Both the position numbers and the translations under genes were made by a program. A DNA stretch of 64,000 nt from Clostridia bacterium (GTDB lineage: Bacteria > Bacillota > Clostridia > HGM11327), in the NCBI GenBank assembly GCA_045627045.1, contig JAZQMY010000005.1:26531-90530 (forward strand), in the 5' to 3' direction. Positions 8,624-16,309 of the stretch are shown one piece after another. The notes under the pieces were generated by a model. It did no database searches. It worked only from the letters and a program-made list of their open reading frames with translations, and was not told the DNA's origin. Each line of letters begins with the position of its first letter. Positions within the stretch are counted from its first letter, which is position 1.

Positions 8624-9916
8624 ATGGAAGAGAAGAAACGGACTTATTTCTGTATAGATATGAAGACGTTTTATGCTTCTGTTGAGTGCGCTGAGCGTGG
8701 ACTCGATCCTTTTGAAACCAATCTTGTGGTGGCGGACGAAACAAGAGGAAAAGATGCACTTTGCCTTGCCATAACCCCGAAGCTGAAGGCACAGGGAATA
8801 AGAAACAGATGCAGAATGTCTGAAATACCTGCAAACATAAAATATGAAACAGCACTGCCGAGAATGCAGCTCTATATTGACTATGCGGCGGATATATATT
8901 CGATTTATCTGGATTATTTTGCTCCGGAGGACATATATGTCTATTCCATTGATGAATCGTTTATAGATGCGACGGACTATCTGTCCATGTATAAGACGGA
9001 TGGAATATCGCTTGCAAAGAAAATGATGGTTGAGATAGCAACCAGACTTCACATTCCGTCAACTGCAGGGGTGGGAACAAATCTCTATCTCGCAAAGATT
9101 GCACTCGATATAACAGCAAAGCATACAAAAGACCATATAGGCTATCTTGATGAGAAGAGATACCGTGACACATTGTGGTATCACAAGCCGATAACGGATT
9201 TCTGGATGGTGGCAGGAGGCACGGCAAGCAGACTTGCAAGGTACGGCATATTTGATATGCATGGGATAGCAACGGCTCCCGAGGAACTTATGTATAAAAC
9301 GTTCGGTGTGAATGCCGAGCTTCTGATAGATCATGCGTGGGGAAGAGAAACCTGCAGAATGGAGGACATAAGAAATTATAAGACACGGAGCAAGTCTGTT
9401 TCATTTTCACAGATATTGCCGAAGGACTATAATTTTCACGATGCAAGAACAGTGCTTTCGGAGATGGTTTACAACGGAGCGCTTGAGCTTGCAAGAAGAA
9501 AGCTTGTGGCAGGAAAAATAAGCTTTTTTGTAGGCTACACAAGGAGCATTATACCTGAAACAACAGGTTCGGTGAAGCTTTCGCATCAGACAAATCTCGG
9601 CTCGGGCTTTGTGACACCGGTGCTTGAAGAGTATGACAAAAAGACAGACAGAAACGTAATGATACGTCGCCTTGGCATTGCATTTGAAAATATTTGCAGC
9701 GAGGAAAGCGCACAGTACGATCTTTTTACGGATACGGAAGAGGAAGAGAAGCAGAAGAAGTTACAGCATACTGTACTCGGGTTGAAGGACAGGTTCGGGA
9801 AGAACATACTCCTGAGAGGAATAAACTATATGCCTGAAAGTACTCAGAGAGAAAGAAACGAAATGATAGGAGGGCACAGAGCTGGATTCAATGATGACTC
9901 GACAAGAAAGAGCTAA
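8624..9916 (+). CDS. Y-family DNA polymerase (UmuC/ImpB/UvrX-like)
   Basis: 430 aa. N-terminus FCIDMKTFYASVE and SIDESFIDAT catalytic motifs of Y-family polymerases. Starts 4 nt after the lexA stop. Confidence 0.9.
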   Translation: MEEKKRTYFCIDMKTFYASVECAERGLDPFETNLVVADETRGKDALCLAITPKLKAQGIRNRCRMSEIPANIKYETALPRMQLYIDYAADIYSIYLDYFAPEDIYVYSIDESFIDATDYLSMYKTDGISLAKKMMVEIATRLHIPSTAGVGTNLYLAKIALDITAKHTKDHIGYLDEKRYRDTLWYHKPITDFWMVAGGTASRLARYGIFDMHGIATAPEELMYKTFGVNAELLIDHAWGRETCRMEDIRNYKTRSKSVSFSQILPKDYNFHDARTVLSEMVYNGALELARRKLVAGKISFFVGYTRSIIPETTGSVKLSHQTNLGSGFVTPVLEEYDKKTDRNVMIRRLGIAFENICSEESAQYDLFTDTEEEEKQKKLQHTVLGLKDRFGKNILLRGINYMPESTQRERNEMIGGHRAGFNDDSTRKS

Positions 9917-10214
9917 ACAATTTATGCCGTTTGATGCAATGAAGGGCTTGCAGGAAGCACTCAAGGACAGACGGGAACGCCACGGCAGAGTTGAGAAGCG
10001 GGAAATATCGGATGAGGATAAAGAGAAAATAGGAGAAGTGATAGTCCGACTGAAAAAGGACAGCCGTATAAGAATTACTTACTACAGCTGTTTTCACGAG
10101 GTAACGAAGGACGGCTTGGTAGCCTGCGTCAATACCGTCCATAAGTACATCCTTATGGATGACGAAAAGATATTTTTCGATGATATATATTCAATAAGAA
10201 TAACGGATAAATAA
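9891..10214 (+). CDS. YolD-like protein
   Basis: 107 aa. N-terminal RAKQFMPFDAL-type motif (RAKQFMPFDAMKGL) typical of YolD-like proteins. Overlaps the polymerase gene end. Confidence 0.8.
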   Translation: MMTRQERAKQFMPFDAMKGLQEALKDRRERHGRVEKREISDEDKEKIGEVIVRLKKDSRIRITYYSCFHEVTKDGLVACVNTVHKYILMDDEKIFFDDIYSIRITDK

Positions 10215-10249
10215 AAAACGCATTACCGTAATATGCTTACGGCAATGCG
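10213..10249 (-). terminator. Terminator of the minus-strand B12-uptake operon
   Basis: Hairpin CGCATTACCGTAA / TTACGGCAATGCG. A plus-strand A-run (10213-10218) gives a T-run on the minus strand. Confidence 0.7.
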
Positions 10250-10265
10250 AACAAAACGTAAAATA

Positions 10266-10850
10266 TCAAGCTCGGCTTTTTACCAGATGCTTTTTCATAA
10301 AGGTTGATAACGGAAGTACAAGCATACCTGCAAAGAGATTACTTATTCCGTGTATCGCATCAAAAGGCAGACCTGAAAGTACCCATGCTACCGTCTGCCT
10401 GAAGTCAAGTCCGAAGAGAAGTGCCTGGGCAGGCGCATATAATGTGCCGAAGAGAAGCCCGTGCAGACAGCATATAATCGGATAGACTATGCATGCGCAG
10501 GTAGGCGAAATATTTTCGGGCAGGAGCATGGTGACACCCCAGAGTACCGTCCATATGTAGAGATACGGTATCCACCAGGATGCAAATCCTGCGAAAAAAC
10601 CGTTGATCAGAACGTATATGTATATTGGGTAAAGTGCTCTTTTCCTGTAAACGACAGTAAATGTCATTGTGAACATTCCGAGCAGATGAATGTTTGGAAG
10701 CATTTCCATTATGAATTTTGAGCAATACATGAGAGCTCCGAGCATTGCGAAAATGACGGTCTCGCGTACGGAAAGCTTTGCTTTTTTATTGTTGTTATTT
10801 TGTATAGACAAGTTCGTAATGTTCTCCATCGGCAATGGTGGCACCATCAA
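10266..10850 (-). CDS. ECF transporter S component (substrate-capture membrane protein, likely cobalamin-related by context)
   Basis: Small protein with about 6 TM segments of ECF S-component type, downstream of a DUF4430 gene behind a cobalamin riboswitch. The start is uncertain (10850 or the ATG at 10829, MENITN). Either start overlaps the upstream gene end. Confidence 0.65.
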   Translation of the reverse strand: MMVPPLPMENITNLSIQNNNNKKAKLSVRETVIFAMLGALMYCSKFIMEMLPNIHLLGMFTMTFTVVYRKRALYPIYIYVLINGFFAGFASWWIPYLYIWTVLWGVTMLLPENISPTCACIVYPIICCLHGLLFGTLYAPAQALLFGLDFRQTVAWVLSGLPFDAIHGISNLFAGMLVLPLSTFMKKHLVKSRA

Positions 10851-11223
10851 CGCCGACCATCATCATTTCACCGTCCTTGAAAAATGCCCAGTAGCTGCAG
10901 TCAATGTCATAGTCAGCAACGATTCCGTTGACCTTTTTGACATAGAGACCGTACTGCGTTTCATCACCTGCGATGAGGTCAAATTCACAGAGCGCATCTC
11001 CGAGAACGGTTTTGTCCGTTTTCAAAGTGAATGTGACAGAATCGTCACCTGCCTTGACTTCTACCTGAACAGAAGTCTTTCCGTTTCCGAATGTTGTGTC
11101 CTTGGTGTAAACTGCGTTTTCCCAGAGACCTTCTTTGCTTACGTTGTTTTTGCATGCCGTGAAGCTGAAAAGAACAGCTATTGCGAGAATGACAAAAACA
11201 AGTGTTTTCAATGATTTTTTCAT
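10795..11223 (-). CDS. DUF4430 (transcobalamin-like) lipoprotein
   Basis: Start moved to ATG 11223 (MKKSLKTLVFVILAIAVLFSFTAC lipobox). The C-terminal WAFFKDGEMMMVGVD..YELVY resembles DUF4430. The upstream part of the 11478 ORF is riboswitch RNA. Confidence 0.75.
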   Translation of the reverse strand: MKKSLKTLVFVILAIAVLFSFTACKNNVSKEGLWENAVYTKDTTFGNGKTSVQVEVKAGDDSVTFTLKTDKTVLGDALCEFDLIAGDETQYGLYVKKVNGIVADYDIDCSYWAFFKDGEMMMVGVDGATIADGEHYELVYTK

Positions 11224-11289
11224 TGTTTTCAATATCCTTTCGATTGTATAGTTACAAAAGGATAAAATAAAAGCGCTCTCCAGGGAATA

Positions 11290-11510
11290 AATGCAAACGA
11301 AAACAAGGGTATCCTGCTCAAATACCCTCAAAACTCCGCATCTCTTCCGCTTTGCCCAAGAGACTTTTACGGGACACGATGCCGATAAGCATTCCGACTT
11401 GACCCAAAGGGAGTTACGGTAATGGCTGTTGCAGCGGATTTGCACCGCTATTTCCTTATCCCCGAGCAATACCGTCATGCAGTATGCCCGGTTTCCCGAA
11501 TGAACGGGAC
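11290..11510 (-). ncRNA. Cobalamin (B12) riboswitch
   Basis: The minus strand reads ..GGGGATAAGGAAATAGCGGTGCAAATCCGCTGCAACAGCC..ACCGTAAC..GTCAAGTCGGAATGC... The GGTGnAAATCC core and an AGTCGGA B12-box-like segment are recognisable. Boundaries are approximate. Confidence 0.65.
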
Positions 11511-11537
11511 GGCACGTGCTTATTCTTTTGTGAAAAT

Positions 11538-11566
11538 ATTATAAGGCTTTTTGAATGAAAAGTCAA
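11538..11566 (-). promoter_or_regulatory. Promoter of the B12 riboswitch leader
   Basis: Minus strand TTGACT, 17 nt, TATAAT. Confidence 0.7.
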
Positions 11567-11574
11567 TATTTTTT

Positions 11575-11609
11575 TGATAAAAAGAAAACGGGGGTACTAC
11601 CTCCGTTTT
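11575..11609. terminator. Terminator after spoVT
   Basis: Hairpin AACGGGGG-tacta-CCTCCGTT with T-runs on both strands. Confidence 0.7.
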
Positions 11610-11622
11610 GAAAATTGCGCTG

Positions 11623-12180
11623 TTACATTGTCATCTGTCTTGCAAGAAGTGCGGCGGTGGTTCTGACGGCGGCGGCAGTGGCTTCGCTGAATTCCTTTCC
11701 GTCACCTTTGATGAAGGCAATTACCGCACCTATTGCATCGCCCTCGGGGAGAATCGGCGCAATGCATTGTGAACGGTATTCATCCGCATTCGTTTCTTTT
11801 TCGGTGATGGCGATGGGCAGGGAAGCGGAGCCTTTGTTCATGAGCTTTACTTTTTTATCCCATATGATTTTGGCAACTCCCGTGGTGATGCCGACTTCAA
11901 GGTATTCCTTTCTTGAGGCGTGCTGAACGGATATTATCGTATCGTTGTCGCAGATGACAACTGTGCAGCCAAGCACATCGGAAAGCCCCTCTGCGTACTC
12001 ATCCGCAATATCCGAGAGTTCACGCACGGGAGAATACTTTTTCAGTGCGATCGTGTTGTCTATATCGGTGAAAATTTCTATGGGACTGCCTTCCTTTATT
12101 TTCATTGTTCTTCTTATTTCCTTAGGAATGACTATTCTTCCGAGATCGTCTATCCGTCTGACTATTCCTGTTGCTTTCAT
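11623..12180 (-). CDS. spoVT: Stage V sporulation protein T (AbrB-type DNA-binding + GAF domain)
   Basis: MKATGIVRRIDDLGRIVIPKEIRRTMKIKEGSPIEIF..LKKYSP.. is nearly colinear with B. subtilis SpoVT, including the C-terminal GDAIGAV.. and LARQM. Confidence 0.93.
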   Translation of the reverse strand: MKATGIVRRIDDLGRIVIPKEIRRTMKIKEGSPIEIFTDIDNTIALKKYSPVRELSDIADEYAEGLSDVLGCTVVICDNDTIISVQHASRKEYLEVGITTGVAKIIWDKKVKLMNKGSASLPIAITEKETNADEYRSQCIAPILPEGDAIGAVIAFIKGDGKEFSEATAAAVRTTAALLARQMTM

Positions 12181-12383
12181 TTTTTATTTCCTCTCTGAGC
12201 TGTCAGAATTATTCAAATTTAATTTGTTGTATGGCTATTGTTTGCAAGCGACGGAAAAATTATACACAATATGATAAAAATTTGATTTTTGATAAAATTT
12301 TTGCCTGAAAACATTTGAAATAGCACACAGTATATGATATAATATATAATAAACTATTTTTTATTGATCATGAGAGAAGAAAT

Positions 12384-12950
12384 ATGAGAATAAATTCCGG
12401 AAAATGGAAGGGCAGAGAAATAAAAACGGTTCCGGGGCTTGACACAAGGCCGACACCGGATATAGTAAAGCAAGCCATATTCAATATCATAGGCGGCAGT
12501 GTGAAGGACGCTGAATTCTGCGATATATTTGCAGGCACGGGAAGCGTTGCTTTTGAGGCACTGTCAAGAGGAGCAAAGCACGCAACACTTATTGAGAATG
12601 CACGTCCTGCCATTGAAGTTATAAACAGGAATGCGGAGACATTCGGTTGCAAAAACGATATGACACTGATGACACGGGATGCAGGTCTTTCGCTGAAAAT
12701 GCTTGCTTCGAAGAGGTTTGATTATATTTTTTTTGATCCGCCGTACAACAAAGGCTTTGAAAAAGGCGTGCTTGAAGCGATAAAGACATCGGATTTGCTG
12801 AAGGATGACGGAACGGTAATAATTCAGTATGATATGGCGAAAAACAGAACCATTGAGCTTCATGATGCTTTTGAAACCGTTGACGAGAGAAGATACGGAA
12901 GAAACGGAATAATATTTCTTAAACTGAAAAAAGGAGAGAATATAGAATGA
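12384..12950 (+). CDS. rsmD: 16S rRNA (guanine966-N2)-methyltransferase RsmD
   Basis: N-terminus RINSGKWKGREI..RPT.D.VK.AIFN and the FFDPPY motif. Conserved rsmD-coaD-ylbJ order as in B. subtilis ylbH-ylbI-ylbJ. Confidence 0.9.
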   Translation: MRINSGKWKGREIKTVPGLDTRPTPDIVKQAIFNIIGGSVKDAEFCDIFAGTGSVAFEALSRGAKHATLIENARPAIEVINRNAETFGCKNDMTLMTRDAGLSLKMLASKRFDYIFFDPPYNKGFEKGVLEAIKTSDLLKDDGTVIIQYDMAKNRTIELHDAFETVDERRYGRNGIIFLKLKKGENIE

Positions 12951-13447
12951 GAATTGCAGTATATCCGGGAAGCTTTGATCCCATTACGAAGGGACACCTC
13001 GATATTATCAAGAGAGCTTCCAAAATGTTCGATAAGGTAATAGTAGCGGTGGTGCTCAATCCGAGCAAAAAGCCGACCTTCTCTTTTGACGAGAGAAAAA
13101 GCTATATTGAGAAGTGCGTAAAATCTGTTCCGGGGCTTGATAATATCGAAGTCGATGCATTTAACGGACTCCTTGTTGATTATCTGCACGCACACGATTC
13201 AAGGATAATAGTCAAGGGACTCCGATTTGTTTCCGACTTTGAGTATGAATTCCAGCAGGCTCTGACAAACAGAAAGCTTGATGAAGAAATAGAAACCGTA
13301 TTCATGGTCACCTGCTATAAGTATTCATATCTCAGCTCATCTATTGTGAAGGAGATATGTTCACTCGGCGGTGACGTTTCGGATATGCTTCCGGATGCAA
13401 TATACGAAGAAGCTTCGGATGAAATCAAGAAAAGAATAAAGCATTGA
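12947..13447 (+). CDS. coaD: Phosphopantetheine adenylyltransferase
   Basis: AVYPGSFDPITKGHLDII (T/HxGH nucleotidyltransferase motif) and ISSS.VKE at the C-terminus. Confidence 0.95.
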   Translation: MRIAVYPGSFDPITKGHLDIIKRASKMFDKVIVAVVLNPSKKPTFSFDERKSYIEKCVKSVPGLDNIEVDAFNGLLVDYLHAHDSRIIVKGLRFVSDFEYEFQQALTNRKLDEEIETVFMVTCYKYSYLSSSIVKEICSLGGDVSDMLPDAIYEEASDEIKKRIKH

Positions 13448-13460
13448 GAGGAAAAACAAA

Positions 13461-13916
13461 ATGAACGTAATAGATCTTTTGAGTGCAATGGAGGATATAG
13501 TCCTTGAAGGAAAGCTTCCTCTGACAAAATCAAAAAGCATTATTGATATAGACGAATGTCTCGGAATGATCGACGAAATAAGAAACCTTCTTCCGCAGGA
13601 GCTTCAGGCAGCAAACCACGTCAGAGCCGAAAAGAACCATCTTATAATCGAGGCACAGCAGGAGGCCGAGCTTTTGATGGAGGACGTGACGAAGGAAGCC
13701 GATCGTCTTGTAAGCGAGAACGACATTACAAAGAATGCCGAGAGAAGAGGCAAGGCAATTATAAGACAGTCGGAAGCAGAGGCAGAGGCAGTAAAGCGCA
13801 ATACATACGAGTATCTCTCCAACAAAATGGAGGAAATCACGGACACACTGATGGGCGTTACATCGGAGCTTGCTGCAAGCAAGAAACAGCTTGACGATTA
13901 TCTTAATAAAAAATAA
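13461..13916 (+). CDS. Hypothetical coiled-coil protein
   Basis: 151 aa, charged and heptad-like (EAQQEAELLMEDVTKEADRLV..). Good RBS spacing after coaD. No family recognised with certainty. Confidence 0.6.
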   Translation: MNVIDLLSAMEDIVLEGKLPLTKSKSIIDIDECLGMIDEIRNLLPQELQAANHVRAEKNHLIIEAQQEAELLMEDVTKEADRLVSENDITKNAERRGKAIIRQSEAEAEAVKRNTYEYLSNKMEEITDTLMGVTSELAASKKQLDDYLNKK

Positions 13917-13995
13917 AATTCAGGACAAAGTAAATAACATTATTGAAAAGCACGGTACATAAAATTTACCGTGTTTTTTGTTTTGGAGGGAATAA

Positions 13996-14931
13996 TTGAA
14001 AAGAAAGGCGTTGATTCAGATACCGGCCGTTCTGACGGTTGCTTTGCTTCTGATATTTCCCGATATTTCAGCGTCGGGTGCCGAGTATGGGCTGAAGCTG
14101 TGGACTCAAAGGCTGATACCTTCTCTTTTTCCGTTTATGTGCGCCTCGGCAATGCTGACTTATTCCGGCGTGATGGATAAGATAACCTCTGCTGTGGGAA
14201 AAATTGCCGGAAAGGCTGGTCTTCATCCTGCTTTTGCAGGAGCATTTGTTGCCGGCGTGATATCGGGCTTTCCTTCGGGTGCGGCGGCAGTGAAGGATGC
14301 GGTAAAAAGAGACGGCAGGCTGAAGGATGATGCAAAATCTGCACTGTGGTACTGCACGTTTGCTTCGCCTGTATTTGTGATGAATACGGTGGGAGAAAAG
14401 CTGCTCGGCGACAGAAAAGCAGGGATAGCGATACTCATTGCAGACTATATTTCATTTGCAATACTGTTTTTTATATTTGTGCGGAAAAAGTATGATAACA
14501 GATATATGCTTGCCAAAGACACGGCAGAGAAGATATCTGTCGGAGGAATGCTGAGGTATTCGATTTCATCCGCGGTCACGGGAATTGTCTTTGTGGGAGG
14601 ATGCACGGTGATTTTTTCTGTCTTGCTTTCAATGCTTGAGGCGATTCCGCAGGTGAGAGAGAACAGTGTTCTGCTTGCGGTGATATCGGCATTTGTGGAG
14701 GTGTCAAACGGCACTGCGGCGGCATCCGCAATGAACGCTCCCTTCGGCGCAAAGACGGCGCTTGCGGCATTTGCCGTATCGTGGGGAGGACTCTCAGTGA
14801 ACGCACAGATAGCAGGCTATGCGGATGAATGCGAAGCTTTTTCGTACTTTTTCGTAAAAATGGGCATTTTGCACGGAATAACGGCGGCGGCTCTTGCTCC
14901 GCTTATTCTGTGCTTTATGAACAAAATATGA
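13996..14931 (+). CDS. ylbJ: Sporulation integral membrane protein YlbJ-like (nucleoside-recognition-domain membrane protein)
   Basis: TTG start after GGAGGG. The N-terminal GLKLW....IPSLFPFM motif and synteny after coaD match YlbJ. Shorter than B. subtilis YlbJ. Confidence 0.7.
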   Translation: MKRKALIQIPAVLTVALLLIFPDISASGAEYGLKLWTQRLIPSLFPFMCASAMLTYSGVMDKITSAVGKIAGKAGLHPAFAGAFVAGVISGFPSGAAAVKDAVKRDGRLKDDAKSALWYCTFASPVFVMNTVGEKLLGDRKAGIAILIADYISFAILFFIFVRKKYDNRYMLAKDTAEKISVGGMLRYSISSAVTGIVFVGGCTVIFSVLLSMLEAIPQVRENSVLLAVISAFVEVSNGTAAASAMNAPFGAKTALAAFAVSWGGLSVNAQIAGYADECEAFSYFFVKMGILHGITAAALAPLILCFMNKI

Positions 14932-15069
14932 AATAAATATTAAAAGGTTATACTTTTACCCCCCTGAAGCTATTGACTTTTTCAGCCTTGTATTGTAAAT
15001 AGCCAAGCTTGATGTTGAATCGCCGTATGGCGATTACGATATCAGAGATATTTTGGAGGTATTTGTTTT

Positions 15070-15579
15070 ATGAAAAAGACAAAGATTATCCTTCTTGTTC
15101 TTGTAGTTGCTCTCGCACTCACAGCTTTCTGTGCTTGCGGCAAGGGCGCAAAGAGCATTGAGGACGTAAAAGGCGAGACGATTGATGCCGGTAACATCAA
15201 GGCTCTCTGCCCGACAGGCTGGCTCAATGATCCGGTAAGTGATTATTCTTCTGACGAAGACGATGCTATAGATCCTGATACAGTTCGTTTTATCAAGGGC
15301 GCAAAGAGCTCACTCGGAATCCTTACAAAGCCTTATGTTCAGATTGGTTATGCTGAATCAGGCTGGACAGTTTACACAGATTGGTATGATGATGTTGAAG
15401 AAGTATCAGTTGAGATTGCCGGCAAGAAATACACCGGCTTCACGTTCGATTCTATCGGCACAAAGGAAGCTATGCTTTACAACGAGGATAAGACGATCCA
15501 GATCATCATCGTTCGTATAGATGAAGTTTCTTACGATGATATCGAAGTTCAGGCTATCATTGCAAGCATTGAACATTGA
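15070..15579 (+). CDS. Lipoprotein, unknown function (paralogue 1)
   Basis: Signal peptide plus lipobox LTAFCAC. Shares an ..A[LF]CP.GW.. motif and overall layout with the next gene. Confidence 0.75.
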   Translation: MKKTKIILLVLVVALALTAFCACGKGAKSIEDVKGETIDAGNIKALCPTGWLNDPVSDYSSDEDDAIDPDTVRFIKGAKSSLGILTKPYVQIGYAESGWTVYTDWYDDVEEVSVEIAGKKYTGFTFDSIGTKEAMLYNEDKTIQIIIVRIDEVSYDDIEVQAIIASIEH

Positions 15580-15602
15580 TTCTGAAATTCATTAACGATC
15601 AA

Positions 15603-15630
15603 CCGTCGGCACAACGCCGGCGGCTTTTTG
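15603..15630 (+). terminator. Rho-independent terminator
   Basis: CCGTCGGC-acaac-GCCGGCGG followed by CTTTTT. Confidence 0.8.
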
Positions 15631-15644
15631 TATATACGAAGCTG

Positions 15645-15673
15645 TTGACAAAAACTGTTTTCCTGTGTATAAT
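15645..15673 (+). promoter_or_regulatory. Consensus sigma-70-type promoter
   Basis: TTGACA, 17 nt, TATAAT (with TGtg upstream). Confidence 0.75.
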
Positions 15674-15694
15674 AAAAAGGAAAGAGGAGAACAG

Positions 15695-16231
15695 ATGAAA
15701 AAATTCAATATAACACTTTTGATGATTGTAATTATGATCCTGACTGTTTTTCTTGCGGGCTGTAACGGAAAGGCAGAAAGCACACCGAAGCCTTCGTCTG
15801 CTCCGGAAGCGACAACGGCACCACGGGGAAACATTGTTCGGTCGGGAAGACTTGAGGCATTCTGCCCTGACGGCTGGAACGTAAAAAAGATAAAGGATAC
15901 TTATTCCGAAAGCGGAGAAAACACCGATTCGATCATGCTTGTAAAGGATGATTATTACGAGGGCTATTCAACGGACAGCGGCTATGTGAGAATTGACTGC
16001 GCTGATGAGGCGTTCCCCGATATCAGGGAATACTACGGCAATACGCTTTACATTGCACTTATTGTTGACGGGAGAAAATGGGAAGGCTTTTCGGGACAGA
16101 TGTACGGAAAGAAATATGCGTTTCTCTATTATTATGACAGAAAAGTGCAGGTTATGATTTCACTTGAGGGTGAGTTTGCCTATAAGGATGAAGATGTGAA
16201 GAGCATTATTTCGGGAATATCTTTTTATTGA
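15695..16231 (+). CDS. Lipoprotein, unknown function (paralogue 2)
   Basis: Start moved to ATG 15695 after AGGAGAA (MKKFNITLLMIVIMILTVFLAGC lipobox). Confidence 0.75.
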   Translation: MKKFNITLLMIVIMILTVFLAGCNGKAESTPKPSSAPEATTAPRGNIVRSGRLEAFCPDGWNVKKIKDTYSESGENTDSIMLVKDDYYEGYSTDSGYVRIDCADEAFPDIREYYGNTLYIALIVDGRKWEGFSGQMYGKKYAFLYYYDRKVQVMISLEGEFAYKDEDVKSIISGISFY

Positions 16232-16261
16232 AGAAAGAGTTTACAGAATAAAAAAGAAAAA

Positions 16262-16295
16262 CCTGTCGGAAGAGATGAAAATCTCTCACGGCAGG
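16262..16295. terminator. Bidirectional terminator between convergent genes
   Basis: Long hairpin CCTGTCGGAAGAGAT-gaaa-ATCTCTCACGGCAGG flanked by A-rich and T-rich runs. Confidence 0.8.
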
Positions 16296-16309
16296 CTTTA
16301 TTATTTACT

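Noticed and set aside
11224-11478. An 85-codon N-terminal extension of the DUF4430 ORF.
   Set aside because: It covers the cobalamin-riboswitch leader. The lipoprotein signal peptide begins at the internal ATG 11223.
13556-13894. An Arg/Gly/Ser-rich alternative-frame ORF inside the coiled-coil gene.
   Set aside because: This is a typical off-frame artefact of a Glu/Ala/Lys-rich coding sequence.
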